NCBI GenBank assembly: GCA_000442015.1
Contig: KE561370.1
Location: forward strand, 1-60,809
Length of the DNA stretch: 60,809 nucleotides
Source: Rozella allomycis CSF55
Lineage: Eukaryota
Direction of reading: 5' to 3'
The notes beneath the pieces are model-generated. The model saw only the letters and a program-made list of their open reading frames with translations, was not told where the DNA came from and ran no database searches. Shown here one piece after another: positions 24,988-36,861 of the stretch. Position 1 is the stretch's first letter. Each line of letters opens with the position of its first letter. Position numbers and translations under genes: made by a program.

Positions 24988-27327
24988 ATTCGATTCTCTT
25001 TTTAACATTGCTTGCATTTAATGGAAACTTTAGCATTTCAAACAGAGTTGTTGAAAGTTCAGTGTGTGATAAACTCTTTCTAGTCTTCATGATCCTAACA
25101 ATGGCAGCATCGATCTACAAGATAAACAAAAAAATTATTTACTAAGAATTGCCTATCCTGAATAACTTTTTCATTTGTTTCTTGCTGTTCTTGTACAGAT
25201 TCTTTTATTTGAATTGTGTTAATTCGAACTCTGTAATGAGCAGTTTGAAATTTCTCGTTTATTTTGAATTTATCAGATAGTTTGAACTCGATTGATTTAT
25301 CTTCAGGATTCGCTTTCATTCTAATTAATATTCTTGGTTTACAAGAACATAACGATTGGACTTGACGAATCAGTTCATTTTGTTCAATTCCCGTAGCCAC
25401 CTGAATTTGTTCTAAACTTAAAGTTTCGTTTTCATTAAACAATAGAATAACGAGGGATTGAAATAGAGAGACAATTAATTCTTTTGGCCCTAATGGAAAA
25501 TCAGCTTTAATGATGCAAGTCGACATTGAGTTTTCCCACTTTAGTTTTCTTCCATTATATTTATTTAAATAAAAATCTTTAAATATTTCTTGACTTTCAA
25601 TCATCTAATTTTAAATTTACAAAATAGATTACGTTTTTTGGAAGTTTGCATTCAGATGAAGGGTAAGTGGGCCATGTTCCAAATGACAAGACTGAAACAT
25701 TTATATCAGATGAAGCTTTAATCTTTTCAGAATACATGCGATTTTCTTTAAAGGAGGCCATAATGTCACTGGAAATGTCCATATCTTTAAACATTCCCTC
25801 CAATTTGCTTGTAAATTCTGCGCCACATTCTAATTGCTTGGCCACTAGATCTCTTACCAAGCCTCAATTTCATAATAACAGATTTTTCAACATCGATAGA
25901 TGCGCTTTTTCCAAGCAACAATCGTTTAGCCAAATCCTTTTTATAAAAGCCTTCAAAGATATCTTTCCCTTGCACAAATCTAAACAAAGTTAATGCATTA
26001 TCCAATTGAGTCTCATCATACTCTTTGCTTCTCAATAATTTATCAACAAATTTAGCGATTAGCTCAGCAGGTTTATTTTGCCTTAAATTGATAAAATATT
26101 CAAATGAATCTTTTGTTGCCAAATTAAATGAAACGTTGGATTGAAATGATGAAGAAACAATTTTCACAAGATATTCGTGGAATTGAATCAGCAGCAAAAC
26201 TAATTCATTATCTTTAGAAGGATCGCACACAATACTCTCGCCTTTCTGTTTTATAAATTTAGAAAATTCATTCTTCAACACATCAGTCAGATTTACTCTG
26301 TTGTAAATATCATAAATTGACTTTAATGTTTCCAATTCTTTATTTTTCAAAATATAAATAAAATCTTCTCCCAATCTCTCGGCTGCTTTATTTACAATCA
26401 TCTCATCTTCTACAATTTTAATTAGTTGAGTTTTGCTGCTTTCAATTAAATATTTTTCTACACGAGTTTGTTCATTTTCAAGATATTTCCAAATCACTGA
26501 TGCATACTTTTTAAGTGGAATGGCTTTATTGTCAGTCGCTTGTTTCTTATAAAATACGCGTGTTTCTATTAGTAACTTCTTTTCAAAATGAGAATAATAC
26601 AAATTCAAATCAAAAAACATTGTAACAACACCCTTCAACAATGACACATCTACAATAAAGCCACCTCTATAATCTCACGAGCGAATTTAAATTTACCTTT
26701 CGTATTGAATAGCTTGAATTATGTCATTAATAGAATTATTTAAAATGTTTCCACTTTCAACTACATTCTTTCTAAACATGTCTAACCCCATATCCCTATT
26801 ATATTCATCAATCAAATTTACCATAAAGAGTTTGGTCCTTCATTCAAATGAAGAACATACGATCTATCCAAATACAAAAATATCGACCTGATCATTGTCA
26901 TCTGTCTACAATACGTATCCCAAACACTCTTCAATTTTGTCAAAAAATCTACAGCGTTTCTAATAACCTACAAAACAAGAATTTACGTATCAATAGTTGC
27001 ACACAAAGATTTCGTATGCATCTCCACTTCAGTCATCAACTTTGCATACAATATTTTAGAATACTTTGGCGTGCAAAGAACTTCACATCCCTACATACCA
27101 ATAAACACACAACCAAACCTTATACAGCTCTTCCAAATTATACGGAATAGGTTTATGCTCATATATAGCATGTACAGCCTGCTTCAGCATCTTCCATGTA
27201 TCTTCTTCAAATGTCTCTGGCAGCGGAGGTGGGGCTATTCTCAATACTCGACACTCTTACGTTTAAAATTGCGGATCGTCAGCTTTCTTACTTTCTTATC
27301 GACTATAGGCGAAAAACGGGACATCAT
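24920..27327 (-). CDS. CUL4: Cullin-4, spliced
   Basis: N-terminal KLTIRNFK, RQNKPAELIAKFVD, GKDIFEGFYKKDLAKRLLLGKSAS.D.EK, FTSKLEGMFKDM, KELIVSLFQ, DAAIVRIMKTRK, IESLIDKEYLKRD...Y.YLA. Confidence 0.93.
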
Positions 27328-27611
27328 CGTTGTTTCTGAATTTCAAAAATTTCGTCGCCTTACCTGATATCTTAATTCTTTTAAAGGCTTGGGACATGAA
27401 AGACTAAAAGTCCGAATTTTACAACAGCAAAAAGAATTTTGACGGCATTTGGAATGTAATTGCAAACAAAATCGAAACACTTTATATTATATAAACTCAA
27501 TAACGATGCAACTAAGTCAGTTGCTACATGTTTTAAAATAGAATTTTTGTTTTAATTAGTTTTATTTAAGATTTAGTCAAAAACAGATTATTGAACATCT
27601 TTAAAAGGAGT

Positions 27612-27627
27612 GGTCTTTAAAAAGACC
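27612..27627 (-). other. Histone 3'-UTR stem-loop of H2A (GGTCTT-TTTA-AAGACC) with downstream TTAAAGAT
   Basis: 6-bp stem and 4-nt loop starting 19 nt after the stop codon; matches the canonical GGYYYTYTNARRRCC-type histone stem-loop. Confidence 0.9.
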
Positions 27628-27645
27628 TATTGATTGATATTAAAT

Positions 27646-28050
27646 TTACAATTCTTGAGATTGAGATCCAGCATTGTCTGACTTGCTCTTCTTTGGAACA
27701 AGAACTTCATGGATATTTGGAAGAACACCACCAGCAGCAATTGTAACGTTTCCAAGGAGCTTGTTCAATTCTTCATCGTTCCTGATTGCAAGTTGAAGAT
27801 GTCTTGGAACAATACGAGATTTCTTGTTGTCACGAGCTGCATTTCCAGCCAATTCAAGAATTTCAGCAGTCAAGTATTCCAAAACTGCAGCCAGGTAAAC
27901 AGGTGCTCCAGCACCGACACGTTGAGCATAGTTTCCTTTACGAAGAAATCTGTGGACACGACCAACTGGAAATTGAAGTCCTGCCTTTGATGAACGAGAT
28001 GTTGCTTTTGTTGCTGATGAAGCTGCTTTTCCGCCTTTTCCTCCTGCCAT
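27646..28050 (-). CDS. H2A: Histone H2A with C-terminal SQEL (H2A.X-type motif)
   Basis: [30 protein letters not shown]..; intronless. Confidence 0.99.
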   Translation of the reverse strand: MAGGKGGKAASSATKATSRSSKAGLQFPVGRVHRFLRKGNYAQRVGAGAPVYLAAVLEYLTAEILELAGNAARDNKKSRIVPRHLQLAIRNDEELNKLLGNVTIAAGGVLPNIHEVLVPKKSKSDNAGSQSQEL

Positions 28051-28080
28051 ATTGAGATGAGGGTGGGTAGAAAGTCATCT

Positions 28081-28300
28081 ATATATATGTATTTTTCCCG
28101 CCAAAATTATTGATTTTTTGACAGCCAATCAGAACACAGGACCCATGTTTTTTGACAAAGATAAGTGTTTAAATAAAAAATCCGAAGGGATATTATAAAA
28201 TAATATTTTTTAAATAATATTTGCATTTTGTAGACTCTCTTTAAGTGACGACTGACAGTTCGCAATTTTGGCGGGAGAATTTTCGAAAAACATATAAATA
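28081..28300. promoter_or_regulatory. Bidirectional histone promoter: two inverted E2F-like sites, CCAAT box, TATA-like boxes
   Basis: AATTTTGGCGGGA on the minus strand at 28096-28108 and on the plus strand at 28264-28276; AGCCAATCAG at 28123-28132; TATAAATA at 28293-28300 and TATATATA near 28081. Confidence 0.75.
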
Positions 28301-28336
28301 CCCGACCCTTCCTTCCAAGCCCCATTCACACTAGTA

Positions 28337-28720
28337 ATGTCTACCGTTTCAAAAGCTGAAAAGAAACCTGCAGGAAAAGCTCCAGTAAAGGCTACCTCCG
28401 TCAAAGCTAAGCCTGACGCTGGAAAGAGAAAAAAGACCCGTCACGAAACTTATGGTTCCTACATTTACAAAGTTTTGAAGCAAGTTCACCCTGAAATCGG
28501 TATCTCCAACAAGGCTATGGCAATTATGAACTCATTTGTTAATGATATTTTTGAACGTATTGCATCAGAAGCATCAAAACTAGCTTCATACAACAAGAAA
28601 ACAACATTGTCTTCTCGTGAAGTTCAAACTGCTGTTCGTTTGTTGCTTCCAGGTGAATTGTCAAAACACGCAGTTTCAGAAGGAACCAAAGCTGTTACCA
28701 AATATACTGGTGCAAAATAA
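28337..28720 (+). CDS. H2B: Histone H2B
   Basis: [43 protein letters not shown]; intronless. Confidence 0.99.
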   Translation: MSTVSKAEKKPAGKAPVKATSVKAKPDAGKRKKTRHETYGSYIYKVLKQVHPEIGISNKAMAIMNSFVNDIFERIASEASKLASYNKKTTLSSREVQTAVRLLLPGELSKHAVSEGTKAVTKYTGAK

Positions 28721-28743
28721 TTGGTTTCAAATTTCAATATCAA

Positions 28744-28759
28744 GGCTTTTTTAAAAGCC
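28744..28759 (+). other. Histone 3'-UTR stem-loop of H2B (GGCTTT-TTTA-AAAGCC) with downstream TTAAAGAT
   Basis: 6-4-6 hairpin starting 24 nt after the stop codon, preceded by CAA. Confidence 0.9.
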
Positions 28760-29133
28760 ATCTCAATTAAAGATATCACTTTTACTCTTATCTTATCTAT
28801 TTGGTATTATTGTCATTTTTTTAAATGTGAAGATTTCTTTGCATTGAATCTTCAAATCTTTCTTCGTTAACTATTGTGCTGGAAATACAAGTCTGTAGAT
28901 CCATAATTGGTGACAGGAGTGGCTACTAGTAGCTGACAGTGGGTATGATTTCGCAAACTTCACGGGTAGGATTTTCATGGACTTGCCGACACAATATATT
29001 AGGTTTCACCAATTAAAAATAAAGCCAAGGTATGATTAACTGTTAATGACGTATTAAATTGATAAATTTGCATCATCAAACTTTTTCCAAGGTGTCAATA
29101 TTCAGCCGGCAAGCCACAAACTTATTTCACCAA

Positions 29134-30255
29134 ATGCACGCAACTGTATATAGAAAAGATGGCGATATTCCTGTAAACAAAAAGAAAAAAGACTCAAATA
29201 AAAATCCACCGCATCTTGGTATCGTCACTATTGCTGGAGCGTAAAAACAGAACTTCCAGATAAGGTAGGTTAGGCGGAATGCTTGGTGCGACCATAACAT
29301 GCCCAATAGAAGTAGTAAAAACACGACTTCAAGTATGTTTTAAATATATTGCTTATAGTCCTCATTGCATAAATCAGCAGATTTTGCTGGGGGTAAAAAA
29401 CCCAGATCTTTTGTTTTGGCTGCCCGATCAATTAGGTAAGATTTCTATTTATCTTTAATCTAAGAAATATATACCTAAATGAAGGTTTTGGGGCATGCTA
29501 TAAAGGCCTGGGGGCGAATTTAATGGGCGTTATCCCTGCCAAGTAAGTGACTATGAAAATATTTCATCAAGAGGGATTAATTTTTGGGCTTATAACTCTG
29601 TTAAAAGATCTTTAAGTGAATTCAATAATGGAATAGAAAACACATATGTCCATTTGGCTGCTGGCTTTATTGCTGGATGTGCAACTGCAACTATTACAAA
29701 TCCGTTATGGGTTATTAAAACAAGAATGCAGGTTCAAAAACCCATTAATGGTATATTGCCTTACAGTGGGAATTGGGATTGCTTTGTAAAAATTTTGAGA
29801 TATGAAGGGATTCGAGGCTTCACAAGAGGTTTAACAGCGTCATATGTTGGTTCTATTGAAGGGACATTAAATTGGGCATTCTATGAGCATTCAAAAAAGC
29901 TAAAAGTCCCATACGTAGATAATTCCATGGGATATGTTAGTAAGTATGCTACTTGCAATTTATAGTTTTTGCAAAAGCTGCTTTATGTAAAACAGCAGCA
30001 ACTCTATTATCTTATCCACATGAAGTAATGAAAACAGCATTTTCATGAAAGGTCATTAGGACAAGGCTACGAGAGGGTACCACGGGTGGTGTTCTTCGAT
30101 ACACAGGGTTTATACAATCGACAAAGTTAATATTCAAAGAAGAAGGAATATTAGCATTTTATAGAGGACTTACTACTCATTTGTTAAGAACGGTTCCCAA
30201 CAGTGCAATAGTGTTTGTTGTGTACGAAGCGATTATAAATCATTTTTCTCGATAA
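29134..30255 (+). CDS. Mitochondrial carrier, RIM2/SLC25A33-36-like pyrimidine nucleotide carrier, spliced
   Basis: TCPIEVVKTRLQ, KGLGANLMGVIP, TNPLWVIKTRMQ, YPHEVIRTRLRE, HLLRTVPNSAI. Confidence 0.88.
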
Positions 30256-30316
30256 TATTTAATAAATATTGATTTTTCATTTTTTACTTGATGATTTTGT
30301 TGAAGGTTGTCATGGT

Positions 30317-32683
30317 ATGAAATTCTCAACCAGATTTAGTCCTTACGATGAAGACATTCGACTACAGCCAGAAGAAGAAGCAGTAGTTTAATAATTTATA
30401 ATATTTATTGTAGGCCGTATTAGATTTTATAAACGAAGTGCATGACTGTCCGCCCTTCTTAGCAGCAAAGTTCTTATTTGCTCGTAAGTTTAACATTCAA
30501 AGGGCTGTTGAGTTGTATAAAAACTATGTTGTAAATCTTTAAGGTCTTTGTAAAATTAGAAGCTTGTGAGATTACATGAATTGCAAAATGTTCATATCAA
30601 CGATGTTTTACCTTTGCTAAAAACAAAGTCGATGTATCTTCCAGGTACACGTGATAAAAATGATGCAACTCTGTTTATTTTAAATTTGAAAGATAGTATC
30701 CCCGGAGAAGCGTCGGCAGAAGATATCCTCAAGTTGGCATTCTATTTGAGCGAGGCTGCTTTGTCTAGGTATATTAAGTCATTTTCAACAATTCAGTGTT
30801 CGGACTCAAAGAAGAGGTTTTACTATTATTATGAACATGCAAAATGTCGGTTGGTCAAACTACGATACGACGTTTCAAGATTCAGCATTTAAATTCTTCC
30901 AGGTACAAAAATCAGCCCTTTTAAATAGAATAATATTCCAGCATCTATTAGAAACATTCTTATATATCAAGCGCCGTGGTGGGTGAACATGATGCTGAAA
31001 GTCACGAATCCATTTCTCAAGCAGAAAATTAAAGATAGAGTACGATATTAAAAAGCATAGGATAGATCATTATTTGTCAGAATTTAAAGGATTTCGTTGA
31101 AGAAGATCAACTACCAGTTGATCTTGGAGGTAATTTTGAATATGATCATGAAAGTTGGATAATTAACCAAATAGTAAGTGAAATGCAAATTCTTTAAAGT
31201 CCTACGAATCGAAGAATTCAAAAAGATTGGACTGGGCTCGGGGCCAGAATTTGGATGGCATTGAAGCTGAAATGATGAAACGAGAAGCCCGATCTATGCG
31301 TCGAAGAGCAGAACGTGAAAAACGAGAACATCTTCGCACAAAGGAAGAGCATAGGCAACTTGAAATAGATGCCGAGAGAGATAGAAGACGGAGAAGAAGA
31401 GAGAGACAAAGAAATGAGACAGAAACCCGATATCAATCGAATAATGTACGCCAAGATGGAGATTCTCATGCCAGCCGTGAAACAAGGAGTAGATCAAATT
31501 CCAATGTGAACAGAGATAGACAAGTTCTAGAAATGAGAGATTCAGAGCTTCTCCAAAGAAAAGAAAGGCGTCCCAATGAGTCGCCTAATATCGACAGTGA
31601 CGATTACATTAAAAGGCATCGAAGAAAGTTAAGCGAGCGAGAAAAAGTGTCAAAAGTTCTGGAGTTGGACATGGAGCCTGACCGGTCAAAAAATGAACCT
31701 GGAAAATTAAGTGGCCGTAGTTTTGATAACTCTGATGAACGTAGGCGTGAAGAAAAGTATCATGATCGAGATAGGAAAGCATCGATTAGATCTGCGGATT
31801 CAATTGGAAAAGAGCGGATCAAAAAAGACGCAGAAAAATTGGAAAAAGAAAATGAAGAAAGAAGAAGGATAGATATAGAAAGTCGTGAGAAGCTAGAAAT
31901 GGAGAGAAAAGCGGCTATTGAAACAAACAGAATAAAAGAAATTGAGAGGCACGAAGCAGCAGCCCAGAAAGTAGAGACTGAAAGAATACAAGAAGAACGC
32001 GCTAGTAGAGAGTTTGCAAGGCTAGAGGAAGAAAGAAGAAGAGAGGAACTTATGAGGCTTGAAAAGGAAGAGAGAATTAATAGATTAAGATCTCTTCGTC
32101 AAGAAAGAGAACACAGTGCATCAAGCTCTTTATCTAAAGAAAGGAGCGACAAAGTTGATGCAATAAAAGAACTGCAAGAAAAATACCAGAGTAGGCAACT
32201 CGTAAATAATGAACCAACTACTAGGGAAAGTATACAAATCCCGAGCATATCAGATAAATCTGAAATTATGGACGCATTTGATGCTTTAATCAACGCAGAA
32301 ACTAACGACAGCGAACAGAAGACAGATGAATATAAGTTTCATTTTCAAAAACCAGCCCGAACCGGCAGAAAGTTACCTAGCCGAGAAAGCTTGAGATTAC
32401 AAGAAAGCGATACATTAATGCACACTCTGAAACTAGTAAGACGCGTTTGTTCTGACTATAGGAGAAAGATCCGCAAATTCCGTTAACTCCCTCTACGCCT
32501 AATAGACAAAACAGAGATGAAAGGCTTCAAGCGCTTAGGGCTAAAAGAGAGCAACTCAAAAATAGCCAAAAGATTGAAACTAAACCCTCGGATAATTCCA
32601 GTCTAGGAGATTTCACATTGAGCGAAAGAGTTGAAAGAAGACGAAGAAGAGAAGATGATAGACTCAAAAGGCGGGATAAATAA
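30317..32683 (+). CDS. CRAL-TRIO (Sec14) domain protein with long E/R-rich tail, spliced
   Basis: AKFLFARKFNIQRAVELY, APWWV..LK...PFLK.K...R, DQLPVDLGG; the 31227-32486 exon is extremely Glu/Arg-rich. Confidence 0.8.
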
Positions 32684-32785
32684 ATATTTTGTTGAATCTT
32701 TTTTCATTAAAATAATTGCATTTCCAGCCACATTTTTAATTTGGATCCCTTGAACTTTGGACAAAGCTGGATTATATAGTAGGAG

Positions 32786-33498
32786 ATGGGGCGCAAAAAT
32801 CAGATAAAGCGGAAGTCTCAGAAAAATAAAAACAATAAAACTACTAAAAACAGAGCACTGAAAGTGGATTCTTTTGCCAAACAATTACAGAATGAAGGTT
32901 TCTCGATTATTGACATTGAAAGTGACGGAAATTGTTTATTTAGGTAGAAAACACTTCTTAATGTAACTGCTAGAGCCTTGTCACAACAATACGAGAACGA
33001 TCAGGAAAATCATCAGTTTTACAGAAATGAAGTAGTGAATTATTTGGAAGAACATAAAGAAGAATACAAACATTTTATTGAGACTGAACATGAATGGGAA
33101 GATTACATCCAGCAAATGAAAAAAGACGGAACATATGGTAAGGAATTTGATGAATTCATACAGGCGGACATTTAGAAATTAATGCCTTTTCCAAATTATA
33201 TGGAGTTAGCATTATAATTCACCAAGAAAATTTACCAAACTATGTCATTGCATGTGAAGATCAGCAAGCAAAGGTTTTACATCTAGTATACCATGATTAC
33301 GAGCATTATTCCGCTGCGAGTCCTTCAGATCCCGATGTTAATATGGAGACATTAGAAGATATTGATGTCAAAAAAGGTGCTACAAATTCTCCGAAAACGA
33401 AAATTCGCAAGGGTAAAGAGATGAAACAAAAAAACAAGTCGACGGAAAAGGACAGCAATAGTGAATTACAAAATAAATTTAACGCATTATTGATTTAA
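32786..33498 (+). CDS. OTU-domain deubiquitinase (OTUD3/Otu2-like), spliced
   Basis: DGNCLFRALS (catalytic Cys), GTYGGHLEI.AF, LHLVYHDYEHYS. Confidence 0.9.
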
Positions 33499-33566
33499 AA
33501 CAGTATTTCTAAGCCTCTACCAGGACTTTGACCGTGTGGCTTGGTACGTGAAAAAAACTCACCACT

Positions 33567-34434
33567 ATGACTTCTATGAATCCTGCACTCCCACTTGTAA
33601 AAAGCATTTTTTAATAATAATTTAGCTTATTGATTGTTTGAAAAATGTTGGACAAGGTATCAGCAAGGCTGTATCAGTTTTGGAAGCTATGCAACAAAAC
33701 AAACTTTCTACTGACGAAGAAGTGACAAAATTCAGATCGGCAACTCATATTTCTGCTCCAAGCAAAGCCTCAACTAAAGTTAAGAAAGAAAAAAAGGAGA
33801 AAGATCTTAATGCCCCAAAGAAGCCAATATCAGCATTTTTCAGATTTTCCAAAAATCATCGTGTCGAAATTGCGGAATCTCTTGGAACGAAGAATCTCCC
33901 AGAGGTTTCCAAAAAGATTGGAGAAATGTGGTATGCAAATAGTATAATAATTAATACAGGAAATCTGAAGAATACAAAGATGAGAAAGAGGCTTTGGAAG
34001 AAGAATACAAGAGAGAATTTCAACAATACGAGCAAGCTATGGAACAATACAAAAAGAATGGCGTTGTCGTTCATGTTGAAGAATCATCAGAAAAAGAAGT
34101 CGAAGAAGAGGCGCCAAAGAAAGAGGTAGTCAAGAGAAAGACTGCTGAAGAAATCGCTACACCTGTTAAAAAGCAAAAAAAGAAGGAAGAAGCCCCAGTC
34201 GTTTCAAAAAAGAAAGAAGTTGAAACTCCCAAAAAAGAAAAGGCAAAAAAGGAGGAAGACTCTAAAGCCAAGAATAAGAAAAAATTAGAGAAAGAGAAGA
34301 GAATGAAAGAAGAAGAAGAGAGAAAGAGAAAAGAAGAAGAAGAAGCTGCCAGAAAGGCTGCCGAGGAACAAGAAAGCGAGACCGAAATTTCTGTTACTAA
34401 CAGCGACTCTGATTCAGATGAAGACAGCGATTAA
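33567..34434 (+). CDS. HMG-box protein with K/E-rich tail, spliced
   Basis: KD.NAPKKPISAFFRF, EVSKKIGEMW. Confidence 0.85.
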
Positions 34435-34521
34435 ATTAAATAAAATATTTTAACAATTTATTTTCTAATTTTGTGCCCATTTAATTCAATTGTTTAATGT
34501 GTCAGAGTATGTACGTGGCTT

Positions 34522-36755
34522 ATGGATAGTGTGGCCGTACAGTCCTTAGAAGATATCAGGACTCTATTAGAGAACCAAAAAGAAAAACACAAACTATTAG
34601 AATCTCAAGTAACACAACAGTTTGTTTATATCAGTACACCAAGGCACACGAAACCTTTACCGAGTTGAGGACTAATAGTTTAAGCGAGTTAAAGCAAATA
34701 AATAAGTCATTATCTTTGCTGCATGATAAAAAGCAAGAATGGATAGAGAGCTACAAGGATTTTAAAGAGCAGGTCCGGGATATGACCGAGATTGAAGAGA
34801 CAATTAGAGAGTTACAAAAGTGGGTTTGGTTAGAGAGATATTTAGAAGCACATATTTGTCTAGGAAAGATAACGTAATGAACGAGTATTTTGAATAAAAG
34901 TAAAGAAATCGGCGATGATTTTACGATGCCGATGAAGAAGCCATTTTCCTCTCGAATGGAGGTTTTAAGAAGATTAATTAAAGTAGTGAAATCGATAAAT
35001 GATTTGAAATATTCAGAACAGCTAAAGGCACAAGGGAATAAAATGTTGAATGACTTTGATCGTTTGATACGAACAGAAATTTCTTCGTAATAGAAATGAT
35101 TGGATTTAAAAGATCGTTTATGGAGATAACTCAAAAGATTGGATGGCCTAGAATCGATTCAGAGTTTAATGAAAGTAATGAAGTTATTGAAGAAATGAAA
35201 AAATTGGTTAAAGATTCGATCGAATTTCAAAAGTAAAATTACGGCTTGATGGAATAGGAAAGAATCATGGAAAGAGAAATAACTTTGGCGATTGATGTGA
35301 TGATTGAGCCGATTAGAAAAAGATTTAAGTTTCATTTTGATGGAAAGAAAATGACCAATCGGTTAGACAAAGTAAAGAATGCTTTGAATCCATTTTTAGC
35401 CTGAATGGTTCTTATCTTTTATTTTTAATTTAATGAGTGATCACATTGAGTTTATTCAAAAATATTTGTCACCAATTTTTAAAGATGAAGGGTTTCAAGG
35501 AAACATTTCTGTAAATGAAAATTCAAATTAAAATGTTTAGAATCTATTTTTCAATAAAATTTTGTCACTTTTGAGATCTAAAATAACACATGATTTGCCA
35601 AAAGTGATGAACCATCCAGAAGTTTATTCTCATTACGTTAGAGAATTGATTCAATTCGATAATAAAATGTTGGAATCTTTTGCATTTGAAGATTTATTTA
35701 TTTCTGATTTAATTCTGAAGTCTGAAGAAAAGTTTGAAAAGTGGATTAAAGTTGAATTAGATTTTGCTTTAGGCCGATTAGATACCCTGGCCTCAAGCCC
35801 TGATTCTTGGAAAATTCGATTTCAGCAAAGCATTGAAAATGATAAAATTCCAGTTATTGCTGATTTGTTTGTGAATTTATTAAAAGCCATCACTGAATAC
35901 TACAGAGACATTCTATTCATCAACGTCAAAAAGGACATAGCCTGCAGACTTCAAAAGCCAATTATTTTTTCCTTTATAGAAAAGCTAAACATTCAAATGG
36001 ATAAATCCATGAATGATAAACTAAAAAACTTTTGCATGGTTTGTAATTCGGCTAGATTTGTTTTCGATGAGATTGAATCATGGAAAGACGATCTCGTAAA
36101 TTCTCTCATTTATAAAAAATAGTTATTTCTTTCAATTGACGAGAATGATTTTATTTTCAACGATTGTCTTTCACTGTTAAATTCAACTTTAAATCAAGTA
36201 GCTTTAGCCATTGTAGATCTTCAACTTGAGTCTTATAAATCTTTCATTAGACCATTTTACAGAAAAAGGTAAATTTAATTGAAGAAATACAAATAGGCGT
36301 TTGTCCTTTAATGAAATCGATTCACAACAATCGATTGCGGACATTTTATTGGAAATTCAAAAATTTTTAGATTCCGTTGGGCAATTTGTTGAATTCGCGG
36401 ATTTCAAATCTATATCTCGCTCTTTAGTATCCGGGATTGAAAACGACATTATTGAATTCGCCATCAATCCTTTTCATTTGAATTTTGAAGAAGCAGCAGC
36501 CTTGAATAAAATAATAGTAGAACCATTAACGTCTTTGTTTGCAAACTATTCCTCCAGATACCTCAACAAGTAACCCTTTCATTCGATTGATAAAGATTAA
36601 ATGCCATAATTCAGCTCTTAATGCTATTACCTAGTGATCCTATAATTAAAGAGATTCAAAATTCTATTGACGAGAATAATTCTTCTGAATTGTTCAAATT
36701 GACCGGATTGACTGTAGACGTTGCTAAACAATACATCCAGAAAAGAAAGAATTAA
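34522..36755 (+). CDS. RINT-1/Tip20 vesicle-tethering protein, spliced
   Basis: IEPIRKRFKFHFDG...TNRLDK|PEWFL, SHYVRELIQFD, W...ELDFA. Confidence 0.85.
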
Positions 36756-36861
36756 ATTTTAGCTATTACATCTAATAAACATTAAGTTAATTTAAATAGC
36801 AATTCATTGTAAAATTAATTTTCTAATCATTACCTGCAAAGCTGCTGCCGCAAGCCACTCA

